Part shown: piece after piece, positions 32,954 to 37,417 of the stretch | Position numbering within the stretch: position 1 is the first letter of the stretch | Layout: the number at the start of each line of letters is the position of its first letter | Assembly (NCBI RefSeq): GCF_001194135.2 | Contig: NC_068983.1 | Location: 120,755,899 to 120,793,315 of the forward strand | Direction: 5' to 3' | From: Octopus bimaculoides | Taxonomy: Eukaryota | DNA length: 37,417 nucleotides | Program-made: the position numbers and the translations under genes | Notes under the pieces: generated by a model | What the model saw: the letters and a program-made list of their open reading frames with translations, nothing else | The model's database searches: none | Told to the model about the DNA's origin: nothing

Positions 32954-33166
32954 TTAGGGGTATGTGTTAGTGTTCCATTCTAGTTTCCTATTCAGGCTAA
33001 GTTTATCTTCTATTATGTGTGTAGCTTCTGTAATTTGTCTAAGTGCTGCGTCTCTGCTATGTGTGGATACGATTTTAATTTCAATGTTGTTGAGTGAGCC
33101 TCCATGTTCTTGCTCAACGTGCTGGTACAGAACTGATGAGCTCTTCCCTTCCTTAAGTTCCCTCCA
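32954..33166 (-). pseudogene. PLE GIY-YIG endonuclease C-terminal fragment
   Basis: Manual translation: [70 protein letters not shown]. It shows the H...H, R.I.EA..I and LNR pattern of PLE endonucleases. Not in the ORF track. Confidence 0.8.
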
Positions 33167-33374
33167 ATATATATATATATAAATATATGTATATAAATAT
33201 ATGTATATATATATAAATATATATGTATATATAAAAATATATATATGTATATAGAAAAATATATATGTATATGTATATAAATATATATATAGAAATATAT
33301 ATATATATATACCCTATATATAAATGTATATATATATATATATATATACCCTATATATAAATGTATATATATAT

Positions 33375-33845
33375 ATAGCTTAAAACTCAGCTGTGTAGTT
33401 AAGAAGATTGATTTCTCACCACGCGCTCTTAGGTTTAGTCCCCTTGTGCAAAACCTTGTCGTCTAATATAGCCAGAGCCGACCAAAACTTTGCGAAAGCG
33501 TTTGTAAAACGGAAATAGAAGGAACTCGTGTGCACACACACATACACACACACACACACACACACATACACTCACTCACTCACACACACAAACACACCCA
33601 TACACACACACACACATGTATGTATATAATTACGTTTGTATATTTTTGTGTTTGTCTTCGTTTATCACCACCGCTTAACAGCCTGTGCTGCTTTGTTTAC
33701 GTTCCCATAACTTAGCAGCCTGGCATAGAGAGCGATAGAATAAGTACCAGGTTTAAAAATTAGTGCTGTGGTCGATTTGCTCGACAAATCTCTCCAAGAC
33801 AAACCCCCAACATGGCTGTAGTCCAAAGACTGAGACAAGTAAAAT
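33375..33845 (+). mobile_element. Diverged SINE family C with internal (CA)n
   Basis: ...CGGAAATAGAAGGAACTCG, microsatellite, GATAGAATAAGTACCAGG...GGTCGATTTGCTCGAC...GACTGAGACAAGTAAAA. Confidence 0.75.
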
Positions 33846-34059
33846 TATATACCAGTGTGTGTGTGTGTGTGTGTATACATATATATAAACATACATGTGT
33901 GTGTGTATGCATGCATGTATGTATGTATATGTGTATGGGTGGATTGGCGGATGGATGCTGAATCCATAAATGGAATTCATTTGTTACCATCACGTCTAGA
34001 TTTCAAGGTTCCGGGCACCACCATTTTCGCAAATTTTTCGTCATTCTTCAAAAAGATGC

Positions 34060-34590
34060 TTTGTTCACCTATGAAATTTAGCACAGAATTTCGCAACCTT
34101 GATGACCAGGAAACATCAACCGAGCCAGAGGGAGCTACAAGTGGTCCAGAATACTTTGGCACTATCTCATCAGACACACAGCTATTTGATCAAAATGAAC
34201 TCAGTGACTTGGTAAGGGTCTTGTACTTATTAAACGAATCTTCAGAAGTTCTTGCGTCTCGATTAAAGGAAAAAAGCGTTCTTAAAAAAGAAACCAAAGC
34301 CACTTTGTATCGTACTACAGGTGCTGAATATATTCTGTTCTTCACAGAAAATGACGAGTTAGTGTATTGTAGAAACATTGAGGATGCTTCGAAGGATGGA
34401 ATTAGCGGAATATGGTACAAGTGATTCGTGCCTTTTTATTCATAGCTCAAGAGAAGTCTGAAATGTGTTCTGCTTTATAATGGGAATAAATTGGCTGCTG
34501 TTCCAATTGCTCACTCTACAAAACTAACAGAGAAATATGAAGTCGTGTAATCAGTGCTCGAGAAAATTAAGTTAAAAATGTTAATAAAGA
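34060..34590 (+). pseudogene. Chapaev3-like (CACTA/EnSpm-related) transposase relic
   Basis: LFDQNELSDLVRVL...SEVLASRLKEK...FFTENDELVYC, then after a frameshift LFIHSS.RSLKCVLLYNGN...VPIAHSTKLTEKYE. The family name is from memory of these motifs and was not searched. Confidence 0.6.
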
Positions 34591-34638
34591 GAGAGAAAGA
34601 AAGAGAGAGAGAGAGAGAGGGGGAGTGAGAGAGAGAGG

Positions 34639-34676
<38 letters not shown>

Positions 34677-34952
34677 AATATTTTCAAAACTATGATTGTA
34701 AAACAAAATTGACATTTTGGATTGTCATTAACAAGCTGACCATATGAATACAATTAGAAAAAAATTTCTCTCTCTCTCTTTCTCTCTTTTTTACCAAGAC
34801 TTCAAAAATTCACTATACACATACACACACATGCATTCACAAAGAGAAAGAGAGATAGATGCCTCTTGAAACATCATTAACTTCAAACACCTATGAAACT
34901 ATTGACCATAAAATTACAATAAAAACCATCTCAGAAAGAAAATGAAAGAGTC

Positions 34953-35168
34953 CCATTTCTCTCTTTTGATGAAATGCAGTTCCATTGATTTCCAGTACTT
35001 TCGGTTATCCCTTGGGCATTTGTCGAAGGGAAATATCTTGAATTTGCTGACTCCACATATTTCCAGATGCTGACTCAGCGGAATCTTGCTCATTCCCCTT
35101 TTGTTTGAAGTGCTTCTGTGGATTCTTGCACGTTGGCAAAGGGAATTGTTGGTTTCACCAATATAATT
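34953..35168 (-). pseudogene. Second PLE GIY-YIG fragment (YIGET motif)
   Basis: 72 codons without a stop: NYIGETNNSLCQRARIHRSTSNKRGMSKIPLSQHLEICGVSKFKIFPFDKCPRDNRKYWKSMELHFIKREKW. Not in the ORF track. Confidence 0.8.
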
Positions 35169-35330
35169 TTCTTTCTACTTTATTTTTCTTTCCATCTTTC
35201 TTTCTTGACCTTTCTCTTTTTTGTCCTGCCCTTCCCTCTCTCTTTCTTTCCTTCTTTCCTCTTATGTTTTTCTTTCCCTAACCGAGTTTCCAGAGGCTCA
35301 CCACACACACATCCACGCAGCATACACAAA

Positions 35331-36561
35331 CATAACAGAAGTAAATAGACACCACATCAAACATCGTTTTATGTTTATTTTAACTTGAAAAGGTTTATAT
35401 TTTTTTATGAATTGACATATTTATGTTTCGAGTTCTATATGTGACTATTTAATCATGAAACGTACAAAAGAAGCCTTGGGACTGTCCGAATTTTAAAGAG
35501 GCCGTATTGTGGGTCAATCTGAAGGTGGACTTAGTCAATGTAAAATCGCAGAAAACCTTGGGATCCCGTTTCCTACAGTTAATAGAGCGATTGCGCAATT
35601 CTCCAGAGAGATAGAGAGGAAGGAGTCCACATCACCTCTCCTAGGCCGACCAGGGCCCTCTGACAGGACCCTTTGCTTTGTTAAGAGAAGTGTGGAAAAT
35701 AATCCTCTTTACAAGGCCTGTAACATAGCAAAACAAGTTGATGTCTTCCCAGAACAGCTGTCAATTATCCCCACAAACTTGGCTACTATGGCAGAGCAGC
35801 AAGAAGGAACCCACTTCTTCGACCAGCCAATATCAAGCGGAAAAAAGATTGGGCCAGTGAGATGGTGGAGAGGCCACTAGTATTTTGGGGAACTCATATT
35901 CTCTGATGAGTTTAGATTTGTTGTGTTTTCTGACAGTGGCCGAGTGTGGGTTAGGAGACTCTGTGATCAAGAATTTGATGTGAAAAGATTACAGCCAACA
36001 ATGAAACACGGCTGCTATTTTGTGATGGTCTGGGGAACAATTTGAAGCAATGGTCGATCAGAGCTGGTGGAGTGTGAGGGGAACATAAACTCGGATAAAT
36101 ATGTGTCCATATTGCAGAAAGGACTTCTTCCAATCTGCTCTAGTGATGAAATGATTAAAGAAGGCTCTTTATGTATGGAAGATGGGGCTCCTTGTCACAC
36201 GACTAAAAAACCCAAGATTGGTCGGAAGAGAATGGCATTAAAACGCTTCCATGGCCAAACCAGTCATCAGATGTGTGCCCTATTGAATACCTCTGGGGCA
36301 TAATGGACAGGATACTTCATAAAAAGAACAGGAAAGCATCCTCAAAGCTAGTTCTTGGCAAGAAATTTCTCAAGAAAATATTCGTCATCTGATCAGTGGC
36401 ATGCCTAATACGGCCCTTGCATTGAAAAATGCAAAGGGCATGTCTACTAAATATTACATATTCTCATTATAATAATTTATGAATAATTTAGATGTATAAA
36501 TTCAGATTTTAATAAATTTGAACGATTATGAGGATGTCTATTTACTTGTGTCATGCCTCAG
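35331..36561 (+). mobile_element. Tc1-family transposon relic (DD34E), transposase ~35455-36453 disrupted
   Basis: The HTH N-terminus ([17 protein letters not shown]) is followed by FSDE, VMVWG, EDGAPCH and WPNQSSDVCPIEYLW. There are 34 residues between D2 and E after one frameshift correction. TIR remnant AAGTAAATAGACA (35339-35351) pairs with TGTCTATTTACTT (36535-36547), and TA lies at 36562. Confidence 0.9.
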
Positions 36562-36583
36562 TATGTGCACACATATGTACGTA

Positions 36584-36620
<37 letters not shown>

Positions 36621-36630
36621 NNNNNNNNNN
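36621..36630. other. 10-N assembly gap
   Basis: Run of N after (TA)n. Confidence 0.99.
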
Positions 36631-36906
36631 GAATCCCGGACCGGGCTGCGTGTTGTGTTCTTAAGCAAGACACTTTATTTCACGTTGCTCCAGTTTACTC
36701 AGCTGTAGAAATGAGTTGCGACGTTACTGGTGCCAAGCTGTATCGACATTTGCCTTTCCCTTGGATAACATGAGTGGCATGGAGAGGGGAAGCTGGTATG
36801 CATGGGCGACTGCTGGTCTTCCATAAACATCCTTGCCTGGACTTGTGCCTCGGAGGGTAACTTTCTAGGTGCAGTCCTATGGTCATTCGTGACCGAAGGA
36901 GATCTC
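36631..36906 (+). mobile_element. SINE family D (5' end lost in gap)
   Basis: GAATCCCGGACCGGGCTGCGTGTTGTGTTCTTAAGCAAGACACTTTATTTCACGTTGCTCCAGTTTACTCAGCTG... Confidence 0.7.
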
Positions 36907-36989
36907 GCCCCACACACACACTTACATGTAAATAACAAAAAAGCATTCCCTTCCAGATTTACATAAATGGAAAAATATTTTCAGTAAAA

Positions 36990-37044
36990 AATTATATCTG
37001 ATGAGTTCTCGAAACGGATGAGATGAAAGCGTTAATAGATAATT
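36990..37044 (+). ncRNA. Type I hammerhead-like motif with intact core
   Basis: AATTATAT-CTGATGA-GTTCTC[GAAACGGAT]GAGAT-GAAA-GCGT-TA-ATAGATAATT. Stem I is 8 bp with a 2-nt bulge. Stem III AGCGTT is self-complementary with wobbles. Confidence 0.5.
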
Positions 37045-37241
37045 ATTCAAAATTCTGACTACCTCTTTTTTCTTAATATATAAAATCTGTACACCATTTC
37101 AAACAATGTATCTATCAGTTGAGTAAAAAGTAAGCAACGTTTTGAACCATGGAGAAATTGTACCGGATTTTTGCAGAGATTTGAATTTCTTTTAAACATT
37201 TTTTTTTTTTTGCAATTGTCTGATAATACAGACATATACTT

Positions 37242-37417
37242 GCAATGGCCCAGTGGTTAGGGCAGCGGACTCGCGGTCATAGGATCACGGTTTCGATTCC
37301 CAGACCGGGCGTTGTGAGTGTTTATTGAGCGAAAACACCTAAAGCTCCACCAGGCTCCGGCAGGGGATGGTGGCGAATCCTGCTGTACTCTTCCACCGCA
37401 ACTTTCTCTCACTCTTA
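37242..37417 (+). mobile_element. SINE family A (3' part cut by window edge)
   Basis: GCAATGGCCCAGTGGTTAGGGCAGCGGACTCGCGGTCATAGGATCACGGTTTCGATTCCCAGACCGGG. Confidence 0.9.

Larger units (their letters stand above)
32439..33166 (-). mobile_element. Penelope-like element, 5'-truncated: GIY-YIG C-terminus, 3' UTR, hammerhead, simple-repeat end
   Basis: An uninterrupted GIY-YIG-type reading frame is followed about 360 nt downstream by a canonical hammerhead core on the same strand. Confidence 0.8.

Overview
AT-rich, repeat-dominated eukaryotic DNA with five assembly gaps (about 3.5 kb of N). The SINE set, the dense (TA)/(CA)/(TATG) microsatellites and the transposon relics look most like an octopod cephalopod such as Octopus. 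That assignment comes from remembered repeat sequences, not a search. No host protein-coding gene can be named. Nearly all ORF-track entries are read-throughs of microsatellites, N gaps or SINEs. Supported features: about 25 copies or fragments of four tRNA-derived SINE families (A-D are my own labels), two RLE-type (R4/Dong-like) LINE relics, two Penelope-like (PLE) GIY-YIG fragments that the ORF track missed, a Tc1 DD34E relic with terminal inverted repeat (TIR) remnants, a Chapaev3-like transposase relic, a ~680-bp foldback element and a telomere-like array. The most interesting signal is five hammerhead-ribozyme-like motifs. One has a fully canonical core and lies in the 3' region of a PLE. 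Two others share a C-for-U4 core variant. A candidate spliced + strand transcript at 25.5-26.7 kb and a near-identical 112-bp inverted duplication fused to a SINE head also merit checking. I found no evidence of a wholly new biological system.
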